64,000 nt of DNA from Verrucomicrobiia bacterium (GTDB lineage: Bacteria; Verrucomicrobiota; Verrucomicrobiia; JADLBR01): positions 73,775-137,774 of the forward strand of contig JAPKHT010000001.1 in the NCBI GenBank assembly GCA_026646655.1. Direction: 5' to 3'. Positions 36,063-45,108 of this stretch are shown one piece after another (position 1 is the first letter of the stretch; each line of letters opens with the position of its first letter). The notes beneath the pieces were generated by a model that was given only the letters and a program-made list of their open reading frames with translations, did not search any database and had not been told where the DNA came from. The position numbers were made by a program, and so were the translations under genes.

Positions 36063-37547
36063 CTATGGAGCCGGGACTGGCAAGGCGGCCCTCCAGCCGG
36101 CCCGAAGGCGCCGGGCTACGTCTGTTGCGAGGGCGCGGTTCGGCTCCTCGGCGGCGACATTGACGCTCTCCGCGGGATCGGACTGATGGTCGTAAAGTTC
36201 AGTGCCGATGTTCCCGCCGTCGGGGTTGGTCCATTCGGTGTAGCGCCAGCGGTCGGTGCGGATGGAGCGACCCATGATGGCCGGCTTGCCCGGGCGCAGG
36301 TATTGGCTGAACGCGGCGGATTTCCATGGCCGGCCGGGGTTCTCGAATAGCGGCACGAGGCTCGTGCCCTCGAGATGCCCCGGGATCGGCAGCCCGCAGA
36401 GTTCCGCGAGCGTGGGATAGAGGTCCACCAGTTCAACGAGGGCGCGGGTACGGCCAGCGGGGGCCGGACGCGTGGGCGCGCTGACGATCAGGGGGACGCG
36501 GGTCCCGAATTCGAAGTTTGTCATCTTGGTCCACACGCCGTTCTCGCCGAGGTGGTAGCCGTGGTCGCCCCAGAGAGCGACGATGGTGTCGTTGGCAAGA
36601 CCGAGGCGGCCGAGCTCATCCAACACGCGCCCGATCTGCGCATCCACGAAACTGGTGCAGGCGCGGTAGCCGAGGATGAGGTTCAGCGCCATCTCGCGGG
36701 TGATGTCGCCCTCGGGCGGCACGGTGCCGTAGGAGCGCAGCTCGTACCCATCGTGAAACGCCGGCTCGGGCGCGCCCTTCGGTCGCCGCGTATCCGCCGG
36801 GAGGCGGACCGATTCCTCCGGGTAAAGATCCCAGTACTTCTTCGGGCACGTGAAGGGCAGGTGTGGCTTGACGAAACCGACGGCGAGGAAGAAGGGTTTC
36901 CCCTCGGCCTTGAGGCGCCCCAGGGTCTCGATGGCTTTCGTTGCGGTGAACCCGTCGGGATAAGCGTCGTCTGGCTGGTCCGCCGCCTCGAAGGGCGGTC
37001 CGCGCAATAGCTTGGGCCGTTGGCCCTCGGGCAAGCGCTTGAGCCGGGCGATGTATTCCTCCGACTCCTTTGTGAACCAGTGGCGGGCGCCCTCACCACG
37101 ATGCCAGGCCGGCTCGCTCCACGACCGCGGATCGTCCCCGGGCTCCCTCTCGCTATGGTGGAAGACCTTTCCGAGCGAGAGGCTGATGTAACCGTGGTCC
37201 TTGAAGTGCTGCGGCAGCGTCACCACGTCGGGCATGGCCGGTCGCAGGAAGTGGCGGTTGTCGAGAATGCCCGTCGTGTCTGGGCGGCATCCGCTCAGGA
37301 TGCTGTTGCGCGAGGGGTTGCACACCGCCACCTGACAGTAGGCGCGCTCGAATAGGATCCCTCGCGCGGACAACCTGTCGATGTGCGGGGATCGGATATG
37401 ACCGGCCCCGTAACAACCGAGTTCCGGGCGCAGGTCGTCCACGGCAACGAACAGGACGTTTGGTTTCCCGCCCGCCCCCATGGCGGCGCACAGCGACCCC
37501 AGGGCACAGGCAAATTGAACGAGATGTCGCATGAGAGGCCTCCCCAT
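36063..37547 (-). CDS. S1-family sulfatase (iduronate-2-sulfatase-like)
   Basis: NVLFVAVDDLRPELGCYG; formylglycine motif C-N-P-S-R; C-terminal ELYDHQSDPAE...NVA; the start may instead be the internal Met at 37532. Confidence 0.85.
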   Translation of the reverse strand: MGRPLMRHLVQFACALGSLCAAMGAGGKPNVLFVAVDDLRPELGCYGAGHIRSPHIDRLSARGILFERAYCQVAVCNPSRNSILSGCRPDTTGILDNRHFLRPAMPDVVTLPQHFKDHGYISLSLGKVFHHSEREPGDDPRSWSEPAWHRGEGARHWFTKESEEYIARLKRLPEGQRPKLLRGPPFEAADQPDDAYPDGFTATKAIETLGRLKAEGKPFFLAVGFVKPHLPFTCPKKYWDLYPEESVRLPADTRRPKGAPEPAFHDGYELRSYGTVPPEGDITREMALNLILGYRACTSFVDAQIGRVLDELGRLGLANDTIVALWGDHGYHLGENGVWTKMTNFEFGTRVPLIVSAPTRPAPAGRTRALVELVDLYPTLAELCGLPIPGHLEGTSLVPLFENPGRPWKSAAFSQYLRPGKPAIMGRSIRTDRWRYTEWTNPDGGNIGTELYDHQSDPAESVNVAAEEPNRALATDVARRLRAGWRAALPVPAP

Positions 37548-37692
37548 CTCCTACCGCATTCCGCCCGCACGCCCAACCGATTTCTTGTCGGGGCGGCGCG
37601 CGGCGCCGTCCTTGTGGGAGGGGCGCGATGGCGAAAAATGGGACTGCCAATCCTTTCTGGGGGAGGTATATCGGTGGCGCGGATCCGCCTCA

Positions 37693-39497
37693 TGAAACGC
37701 AACCTCCACGTCCTGGCCCATGTCGCGTGGCCACTCATCGCCGCCCTTTCTGCCTCGGCCGCGCCCAACGTCCTGCTCATCATCACCGACGATCAGGGCT
37801 ACGGAGATTTCTCCATCCACGGGAACCCTCATGTCCAGACGCCGCACATCGACGCGCTGGGTCGTTCCGGGGTGCGCTTCGAGCGTTTCTACGTGAACTC
37901 CTTCTGCGCGCCGACGCGCGCGGCCCTGCTCACGGGGCGCTGGCCGCTGCGCACGGGCTGCCATGGCGTCACGCACAACCGGGAGGCCATGCGGCCATCG
38001 GAGGTCACGATCGCGGAGGCGCTCAAGGGCGCGGGGTACCGCACGGCGTGCATCGGGAAGTGGCACAATGGCGAGCAGTATCCGTTCACCCCGCAGGGGC
38101 AGGGCTTCGACGAGTCGTTCGGCTTCAACAACGGTCACTGGAACAACTATTTCGACGCCACGCTGCTGCGCGGCGCGACGCCGGAAAAGACCAAGGGCTA
38201 CATCACCGATGTGCTCACCGACGAGGCGATCCGATTCATCGAGGGGAACAGGGGAGGGCCATTCTTCTGTTACCTTGCCTACAACGCGCCGCACTCGCCG
38301 TACCAGGTGCCGGACCGATATTTTGAGAAATTTAAGGCGAGGGGCCTGGAGGACAACGTGGCCGCGTTCTATGGGATGTGCGAGAACATCGACGACAACG
38401 TGGGACGTCTGCTGGCGAGCCTGGAATCGCGAGGCCACGCCGACGACACCATCGTGCTTTTCCTGACCGACAACGGCGGCACGGCGGGGGTGAAGATCTA
38501 CAACGCGGGCATGCGCGGCGGCAAGACCAGCGTGCACGAGGGTGGCAGCCGCGTTCCCCTCTTCATCCGCTGGCCCGCCGCGAAATGGCGGCCACACGTC
38601 GTGGCGCCCATCGCCTCCCACATCGATATCTATCCGACGTTGCTCGACCTCTGCGGCGTTTCGGCGCCACCCGGCCCCAGGGTGGACGGCGTCAGCCTGC
38701 GCCCCCTGCTGGAGAAGGAGGGCGCGGCCGGGTGGCCGGAGCGCGTCCTGTTCACGCACAACCCCATCGACGAGACGAACAAGTTTCCCGGGGCGGTGCG
38801 CACCGCGCGGCACCGTCTCGTGCGCGAGATCAAGGGTCCCGCCGGCGGTTCGAAGGCAAAGGCGAACGACGCGAGCGCAAGGCCCTGGCAGCTCTATGAC
38901 ATGGTGGAGGACCCCGGCCAGGAGAAGGACATCGCGGGCGAGCATCCCGAGGTCGTGGAACAGCTGGGCCGACTCTACGACGCGTGGTTTGCGGACATCT
39001 CGCGCGATGGCCTGCGGCGGTTCCCGTTACCCGTCGGGCACACCGAGCATAATCCCGTGGAACTGCACGCCCCGCAGGCATTCCACGACCCGCCGCTGCG
39101 CTTCGCCAACGGCCCCGGCTTCGCGAATGATTGGCTCACGGGCTGGACCGATGCCGGAGCCAAGGTCTGGTTCGATATCGATGTCGCCGCCTCGGGCGAG
39201 TATGAGGTGGAGCTGGCCATCGCCTGCCCACCCGCCGACGCGGGCTCCAAGATTCGTGTCACGATCGCCGGCCAGACGCTCGAGGCCACCGTCCCCGCGG
39301 CACCGGCGCCTGAGATTCCGCTGCCGCACCGCGATGCCGAGGGCAAGACACGCTACCGCGACCGCGAATGGGTGACGCTGAAACTCGGCGCGGTCAAGCT
39401 GCCGCAAGGCCCGGCCACGCTGACCGTGCAACCGCTCTCCATGCCCGGTGGGCAGGTGATGGACCTGAAGCACGTGCGGCTGAGCTTTAACCCATGA
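37693..39497 (+). CDS. S1-family sulfatase with ~150-aa C-terminal extension
   Basis: Signal peptide MKRNLHVLAHVAWPLIAALSASA; NVLLIITDDQGYGD; formylglycine motif C-A-P-T-R; TDNGG; LYDMVEDPGQEKDIA. Confidence 0.85.
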
Positions 39498-40837
39498 AGC
39501 GAGACTTCAGCCTGTTCGGCGCACTGTGGCTCATCGCGGTCGCCGGCCTGTGCGCCGGTGCGCCGGGGCCCGGGGCCGCCGGCGGATCCGGGCCATCGGT
39601 GGCGGCCTATGACTCCATCCAGGCCGCGCTCGATGCCAACCCGGGGCGGATGATCTTTGTGCCGGCCGGGGACTACCCGATCGCCGAGAAGATCCGCGTG
39701 CGCGGCGAGCGGTCTGGACTATTCGGCCCGGGGCGCATCATCCAGCAGAACGCGGACCAGCCGATCATCGAGATCGAGAATGCCGATGCCGCCGAGATCC
39801 GCGACCTCACGCTGACGCGGGCCGAGGGGAAGATGGAGACGGGCAACGAGGGCATCCTCGCCATCCAGTGCCGTGATATCGTGGTCGATGGCGTGCGCGT
39901 GATCGACAACCGGACGCGCTCGGCCGCGATCGCATTGCGCGAGTGCCGGGGGGCGCGCGTCAGCCGGTGCGTCGTGAGGAACTACATGCGCGTGAGCGTG
40001 GACGACCGGACCTCCAGTAAGGAATGGGGCTATGCGTTCAATTGCACCGATGGCACCGGGATCGGCCTGGATCGCTGCACCGGATCGCTCGTCGAGGGCA
40101 ACCGCATCATCGAGGAGAACTTCATCCCCACGCCGGAGATCAAGGCCAGGTACCGGCTCGGCGATTGGGTGAAGAAGAACCCGGAAAAGGGGACATTCCT
40201 CAGCCAGCGTGCCTGGGACGCCGCATATTCGGACAACTGGCAGCAGGGCTCGGCCATCATCGTCAACGCGCCGGACGCCAGCGATCTCACCCGCATCCTC
40301 GGGAACCACGTTGAGAACGCCGCCCAGGGCATGGACATCCACGCCGACCACGTCATCGTGGCGAACAACGTCATCGCGAATTCATTCATGGGCATGAAGG
40401 CGATGCACGGCTCGCGCAACGTGCTCATCATCGGCAACCAGTTTTCGAAGAACTGCCTGTGGGCCATCGGCCTGATGCCGGGTGCAGCGGCGCACCCCGG
40501 GGAAAAGGGCAAGCCGGAGACCGCGAACGCCGACGGCGGCTCGATCATCGCGAATAATATCATCTCCGACTTTGGCCATGGCGACGCGCACTGGATCTGG
40601 GGGATCGAGCGCTCGCCCTTCAAGTTCGACGAGGGCCAGCAATCCGACGATCCGCCGCTGGCCGATGTGATCGTGCAGGGCAACCTGGTCCACTGCGTTG
40701 GCGAACCGCGGTACAAGTACGCGGTCATGCTCTCGGCCGGGCCGAACGCGCCGCGCGGCATGCACTTCTCCGACAACCTGTTCGCCCCTGGCTCGGCGGG
40801 GGTTTCCAACCGGGAATTGCCGCAGCGCATCCCGTAG
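39494..40837 (+). CDS. right-handed beta-helix repeat protein, secreted
   Basis: Signal peptide; PbH1-like rungs (NNVIANSFMGMKAMHGSRNVLIIGNQF; ANNIISDF); ATGA overlap with the upstream sulfatase; its stop codon lies inside a copy of the 3' hairpin module. Confidence 0.75.
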   Translation: MKRDFSLFGALWLIAVAGLCAGAPGPGAAGGSGPSVAAYDSIQAALDANPGRMIFVPAGDYPIAEKIRVRGERSGLFGPGRIIQQNADQPIIEIENADAAEIRDLTLTRAEGKMETGNEGILAIQCRDIVVDGVRVIDNRTRSAAIALRECRGARVSRCVVRNYMRVSVDDRTSSKEWGYAFNCTDGTGIGLDRCTGSLVEGNRIIEENFIPTPEIKARYRLGDWVKKNPEKGTFLSQRAWDAAYSDNWQQGSAIIVNAPDASDLTRILGNHVENAAQGMDIHADHVIVANNVIANSFMGMKAMHGSRNVLIIGNQFSKNCLWAIGLMPGAAAHPGEKGKPETANADGGSIIANNIISDFGHGDAHWIWGIERSPFKFDEGQQSDDPPLADVIVQGNLVHCVGEPRYKYAVMLSAGPNAPRGMHFSDNLFAPGSAGVSNRELPQRIP

Positions 40838-40857
40838 CCGAACGCGTGAGCGTTTGG
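40827..40857 (+). repeat. 3' hairpin module copy (GCATCCCGTAGCCGAACGCGTGAGCGTTTGG)
   Basis: Identical to 28306-28336; overlaps the last codons and stop of 39494..40837 (…RIP*); ~95 nt upstream of the esterase gene at 40955. Confidence 0.6.
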
Positions 40858-40954
40858 CCGCCAATCGCCCGAGGCGATCGGTCGCATCTTCGGCGCCGGT
40901 GGGCCCCCGTGTTGGGTTGCGCCGGCCGATGCATCTTGATATGAACGGCATCCT

Positions 40955-42502
40955 ATGAAACGAGGCCTATTGTTCGCGGCCCTGCTGATCCCCGTGCTGG
41001 CAGCCGATGCCGCCGAGCTGAAACCCGCGGCCATATTCTCGGACCACATGGTGCTCCAGCGGGACAAGGTCGTCCCCGTGTGGGGGTGGGCCGACCCTGG
41101 CGAGGAGGTCACCATCGAGTTCGCCGGCCAGAAGAAGGTCGCCAAGGCCGACGCCCTTGGCCGATGGTCGGCGAGGCTCGATCCGATGCCCGCCAGCGCT
41201 GAAGGGCGGAAACTGATGATCCGAGGTTCGATCGGCGATCGCCAAACGGCCATCGAAGATGTCCTCGTGGGCGAGGTGTGGTTGGGCTCGGGGCAGTCGA
41301 ACATGGCGATGAGCGTGGGCCGGGCCCGAGATTTCGAATTGGAGAAGGCCGCGGCGGATCTGCCGCTGATCCGGATGTTCAAGGAAGAGTCCGCGGCGGC
41401 GAGGGCGCCGCAAGCCGACGGCAAGGGGCAGTGGGCGGTGTGCTCGCCAGACACGGTGGGCGGTTTCTCGGCAACGCTCTATTTCATGGGGCGGGAACTG
41501 CATCGCGCGCTGAAAGTGCCCGTGGGCCTGATCAATTCTTCGGTGGGTGGGACGCCGATCGAGCAGTGGGTGGCGGAAGAGGCGCAGGACGGGGTTGCGG
41601 AACTCAAGGCGGCGGGGCAGGCGCAGGCCAAGGCCGAGTCGGAGTTCGACGTCGCGAAGGCCAAGCAGGGTTACGAGAAGGCGGTGGTGCGCTGGAAAGA
41701 GCAGGCGGCGGCGGCGAAGGCGGCGGGCAAAGCGATCCCGCGGCGTCCCAGGGATCCGGTGGCCCAGCGCGAGCGCAAGGGGGGGCGCGGCGGGCTGTTC
41801 AACGGGAAGATCGCGCCACTGATCCCCTGCGCGATCCGCGGAGCGGTCTGGTATCAGGGCGAGGCGAATTCCCACCCGGGCAAGGGGCTATTGTATCGAT
41901 ATCAATTGCCGCTCCTGGTCACCGACTGGCGCGCCCGCTGGGGCGAGGAGTTTCCCTTCGCCTGGGTGCAGTTGCCCAATTTCGGGCGCGAGGGCGAGGA
42001 CTGGATGCTGGTGCGCGAGGCGATGCTCAAGACCCTGCGCCTGCCGAAGACCGGCATGGCCATCACCATTGACATCGGCGAGACCAAGGATATCCACCCA
42101 AAGAACAAACAGGATGTCGGGAAACGGCTCGCGCTGTGGGCGCTGGGGACGGTCTACGGGCAGAAGGTCCCTGCCACCAGCGGGCCGCTGCCCGCGGGCC
42201 ACGATCTGCGCGGTTCGGAGATCGCCGTCTCCTTCGCGCACTGCGATGGCGGCCTTCAGGCAAAGGGCGGGGAATTGAAAGGCTTCGACATAGCCGGCGA
42301 GGACCGTCGATGGAAGCCCGCGCGGGCCAAGATCGAGGGCGACAAAGTGATCGTGTCCTGCGCCGAGGTGCCCAGACCCGTCGCCGTCCGCTACGCGTGG
42401 GCCACCGACCCGGAATGCAATCTGTATAACGGCGCAGGCCTCCCCGCGTCGCCATTCCGGACCGACGATTGGCCCGCGGCCGAGGCGCCGGAGGCGAGGT
42501 AG
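40955..42502 (+). CDS. sialate O-acetylesterase-like (SASA/DUF303) carbohydrate esterase
   Basis: Signal peptide MKRGLLFAALLIPVLAADA; VWLGSGQSNMAMSV matches the SASA GQSNM motif. Confidence 0.8.
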   Translation: MKRGLLFAALLIPVLAADAAELKPAAIFSDHMVLQRDKVVPVWGWADPGEEVTIEFAGQKKVAKADALGRWSARLDPMPASAEGRKLMIRGSIGDRQTAIEDVLVGEVWLGSGQSNMAMSVGRARDFELEKAAADLPLIRMFKEESAAARAPQADGKGQWAVCSPDTVGGFSATLYFMGRELHRALKVPVGLINSSVGGTPIEQWVAEEAQDGVAELKAAGQAQAKAESEFDVAKAKQGYEKAVVRWKEQAAAAKAAGKAIPRRPRDPVAQRERKGGRGGLFNGKIAPLIPCAIRGAVWYQGEANSHPGKGLLYRYQLPLLVTDWRARWGEEFPFAWVQLPNFGREGEDWMLVREAMLKTLRLPKTGMAITIDIGETKDIHPKNKQDVGKRLALWALGTVYGQKVPATSGPLPAGHDLRGSEIAVSFAHCDGGLQAKGGELKGFDIAGEDRRWKPARAKIEGDKVIVSCAEVPRPVAVRYAWATDPECNLYNGAGLPASPFRTDDWPAAEAPEAR

Positions 42503-42544
42503 CGCCCGGGACCGGCCCGCCGCGCGACAGAGTAGGTATCAGGC

Positions 42545-43627
42545 ATGAGGCCGCTTTCATCCATGGCGCTGCTCATCGGTTGCGCGCTTGCGGCGGTCGC
42601 GGCGCGCGCGGAGACGCCGCCTCCGGCGGCAGATGCCTCGGGGGGCCTGCAGCGCCCGCCCGACTCGATCCCGTCCGATGCGCCAGAGATATCGCCGCTC
42701 TCACCGGACGAGATTGGGGCGTGGCGCGAGCGCTGGCTGGCGTTTCTTTTTGGCGGCGAGTTGCCCCTGGAACGGCCGCCCCTGATTGTCCGAGAGGTGG
42801 GCCGCGACGAGCGCGGCGGCATCGAGCGAACCCACATTCGCTACGAGGTTGAACCGGGTGTGGAGACGGAGGCCTACATCCTGCGCCGCAGCGATGGCGC
42901 CGAAAGGCGCCCGGGCGTGGTCGTGTTTCACTCCACCTCCGCCGAGACCATCGGGCAGTCCGGTTCCCTCGATCCCGCCGAGGACCGTCACATCGGCGCG
43001 CACCTGGCCCTGCGCGGCTACGTCGTCATCGCGCCGAAATGCTACCTCTGGGGCGCCGCCGGTCAGGCCCCGCCCCCGAACCCGGGGCGCGCGTTCTGGG
43101 AGGGCGAGGTCGAGAAGATGCAAGGGCGCCACCCGCGGTGGAAGGGGATGGCCCGGATGGTCTGGGATGGCATCCGGGCTGTCGATGCCCTCGTCGCGCG
43201 GAATGACGTCGATGCGGCGCGCATCGGCTGCATCGGGCACTCGCTCGGCGCGAAGGAGTCGCTCTATCTGGCCGCCTTCGACCGGCGCGTGAAGGCGGCC
43301 GTGTCGAGCGATGGTGGCATCGGGCTCCGCCTTTCGAACTGGGAGGCGCCATGGTATCTCGGCGCCGAGATCCGCTCGCCGGAATTCTCTCTCGAGAACC
43401 ACCAGATCCTCGCGATGATCGCGCCGCGCGCATTCCTCCTGGTGGCCGGCAGGGATGACAACGAGCGCTCGTGGCCCTTCATCGCGGGCGCGCTGCCGTT
43501 ATGGAGATCGCTGGGCGCGGCCGATGCCGTTGGCTGGTTTCGGCATGGCGCCGGGCACAATTGGCCGCCGGAGGCGCAGGAGGCAGGGTATGCGTTTCTC
43601 GATCGTTTCCTGATGCGCCGACAATGA
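42545..43627 (+). CDS. alpha/beta-hydrolase (dienelactone-hydrolase/acetyl-esterase-like) putative carbohydrate esterase
   Basis: Signal peptide; nucleophile elbow GCIGHSLGAKESL (G-x-S-x-G); VVFHSTSA... Confidence 0.7.
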   Translation: MRPLSSMALLIGCALAAVAARAETPPPAADASGGLQRPPDSIPSDAPEISPLSPDEIGAWRERWLAFLFGGELPLERPPLIVREVGRDERGGIERTHIRYEVEPGVETEAYILRRSDGAERRPGVVVFHSTSAETIGQSGSLDPAEDRHIGAHLALRGYVVIAPKCYLWGAAGQAPPPNPGRAFWEGEVEKMQGRHPRWKGMARMVWDGIRAVDALVARNDVDAARIGCIGHSLGAKESLYLAAFDRRVKAAVSSDGGIGLRLSNWEAPWYLGAEIRSPEFSLENHQILAMIAPRAFLLVAGRDDNERSWPFIAGALPLWRSLGAADAVGWFRHGAGHNWPPEAQEAGYAFLDRFLMRRQ

Positions 43628-43668
43628 GGCTCCGACGTCCGGGGCATGCCGAGCCACCAGAACGGTCC

Positions 43669-43698
43669 CCATGCGCTTCATCATGAAGGGGCGCATGG
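43669..43698. terminator. nested palindrome CCATGCGC-ttcatcatgaaggg-GCGCATGG between convergent genes
   Basis: 8-bp perfect stem with an inner palindrome CTTCATcATGAAG; located in the ~100-nt gap between the + gene ending 43627 and the - gene ending 43729. Confidence 0.3.
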
Positions 43699-43728
43699 CC
43701 GATCACGGCAGAGGCGTCGATCCGGACA

Positions 43729-44931
43729 CTAATGCCGGGCGCGCTTCGGGAATGCCTGCTCGTCCAGGACGCGCCCGTCGTCGAGGGCCTTGAGCGCGAC
43801 GCTCATGCGTTCCGCGCCGCGATCGAACGTCAGCAGCAGGTAGCTGGCCCCCTTGTCGAGAAAGGCGGCATCGGGATCGATGCCGAAGGTGCCGTTGCCG
43901 CGCACCGAACTGTTGTAATAGGAGAAGCCGTCCACCACGGTGCGCTCCGCGTGGTAGCATTCGCCGGAGATGGCGATGGAGCCTTTCTCGATCAACCGCT
44001 TCCAGGCGCCCTCCGCGTGGCGGCGCACCTTGAGACTGGTCTCGCCGTAGAGGGTGATCACGAAACCGGCCGCCGTGGCGCCCATCGTTTCTTGGTACCA
44101 CTTCAGTTGCTCGGAATCCTTGTCGAAGGGATGGCAGGACTGGTTCGGTGTGCCGAAATCGCCCGTGTGGCTCATGTCCACGGAGATGATGCGCAGATCG
44201 AAGTCCGGGATGTCGAAGGCCCAGAGCCACTCCTTTCCCGGGAGCGCGAAGAACTTCCGATAGCCCGTGGCGGAGATGTCGTAGGCGGGGACGCCGGGTC
44301 CCGGGCTCTTGGGCCGGATCTTGCGGTCGAGGTTACCCAGGGAGGGCATGAACGGCGTCGAGCGGAACAGCTCGGCCTGCGTGCCGATCAGTTTGCTATG
44401 AGAGCCCGTGCTCTCCGGGTCCCCCTCCGCGCCAAACTCGTATTGCATGGCCGTGTCCCCCGCCGAGATCAACAGGTGGGCGTCCTCTTTCCGGATCGCG
44501 GTGAAATCCAGCGTGGCGTCGGCCCGGATGTTGGCGACCACCACGATGCGCAGCCGCTTTGTGGGGTAGCCCTTGAAAGTGGCGATGTCCGACACCTGCG
44601 CGCCGGTCCTCACCCGGTAGTGATACAGGGCGTCCTTCGTTTCTAGGGGAATCTCCACGTGATGGAGTTGGCGACTGCCGGGGACCTTGACAGTCTGGCC
44701 AAGGCTGGCAGACGTGCCGAATTCGACGACGGAATCCCCCGGGTCCGTCGTTTCCCAGCTGACGACGATCTTCGATGGGTCCGGGGACTGGTGGGTCAAC
44801 CAGACGCGCTCCACGCGGGCGGCTGCCTTCCCTTCGGCGTCCGCGGAAATGGCAGAATCGGCTCTGCCCGCAAAGGCGACGAGCGCGGCCAGTGAGACGA
44901 GGGGGATGCGATCGATGGATCTCATACTCAT
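43729..44931 (-). CDS. purple-acid-phosphatase-like metallophosphoesterase, secreted
   Basis: Signal peptide; PAP N-terminal fibronectin-like domain (VWLTHQSPDPSKIVVSWETTDPGDSVVEFG...YHYRV); metallophosphoesterase motifs (LRIVVVANIRAD, ISAGDTAMQYE, GNLDR). Confidence 0.75.
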   Translation of the reverse strand: MSMRSIDRIPLVSLAALVAFAGRADSAISADAEGKAAARVERVWLTHQSPDPSKIVVSWETTDPGDSVVEFGTSASLGQTVKVPGSRQLHHVEIPLETKDALYHYRVRTGAQVSDIATFKGYPTKRLRIVVVANIRADATLDFTAIRKEDAHLLISAGDTAMQYEFGAEGDPESTGSHSKLIGTQAELFRSTPFMPSLGNLDRKIRPKSPGPGVPAYDISATGYRKFFALPGKEWLWAFDIPDFDLRIISVDMSHTGDFGTPNQSCHPFDKDSEQLKWYQETMGATAAGFVITLYGETSLKVRRHAEGAWKRLIEKGSIAISGECYHAERTVVDGFSYYNSSVRGNGTFGIDPDAAFLDKGASYLLLTFDRGAERMSVALKALDDGRVLDEQAFPKRARH

Positions 44932-44954
44932 CTTTACGTGCGGGGATCGCCCCG

Positions 44955-44980
44955 GTCAAGAATCGACATCCGACGGTCAA
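44955..44980 (+). promoter_or_regulatory. direct-repeat motif GGTCAAGAATCGACATCCGACGGTCAA, copy 2
   Basis: In the divergent intergenic region, ~130 nt upstream of the 45109 start. Confidence 0.45.
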
Positions 44981-45108
44981 CTATTGATATTTCCCGAACG
45001 GGGGTGGGATGGACACCATGGGACATCGGATCGTGCCCGGCCGAGGCCTTTTCGAGGAGCGATGTGGTGAACGACTATTTTTTTATCGGGGCGGGGAGGT
45101 GGTGCGCG

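Noticed and set aside
43732-44646. 304-aa + strand ORF opposite the metallophosphoesterase
   Set aside because: The minus-strand product has the purple-acid-phosphatase N-domain and metallophosphoesterase motifs. The plus-strand frame is featureless.
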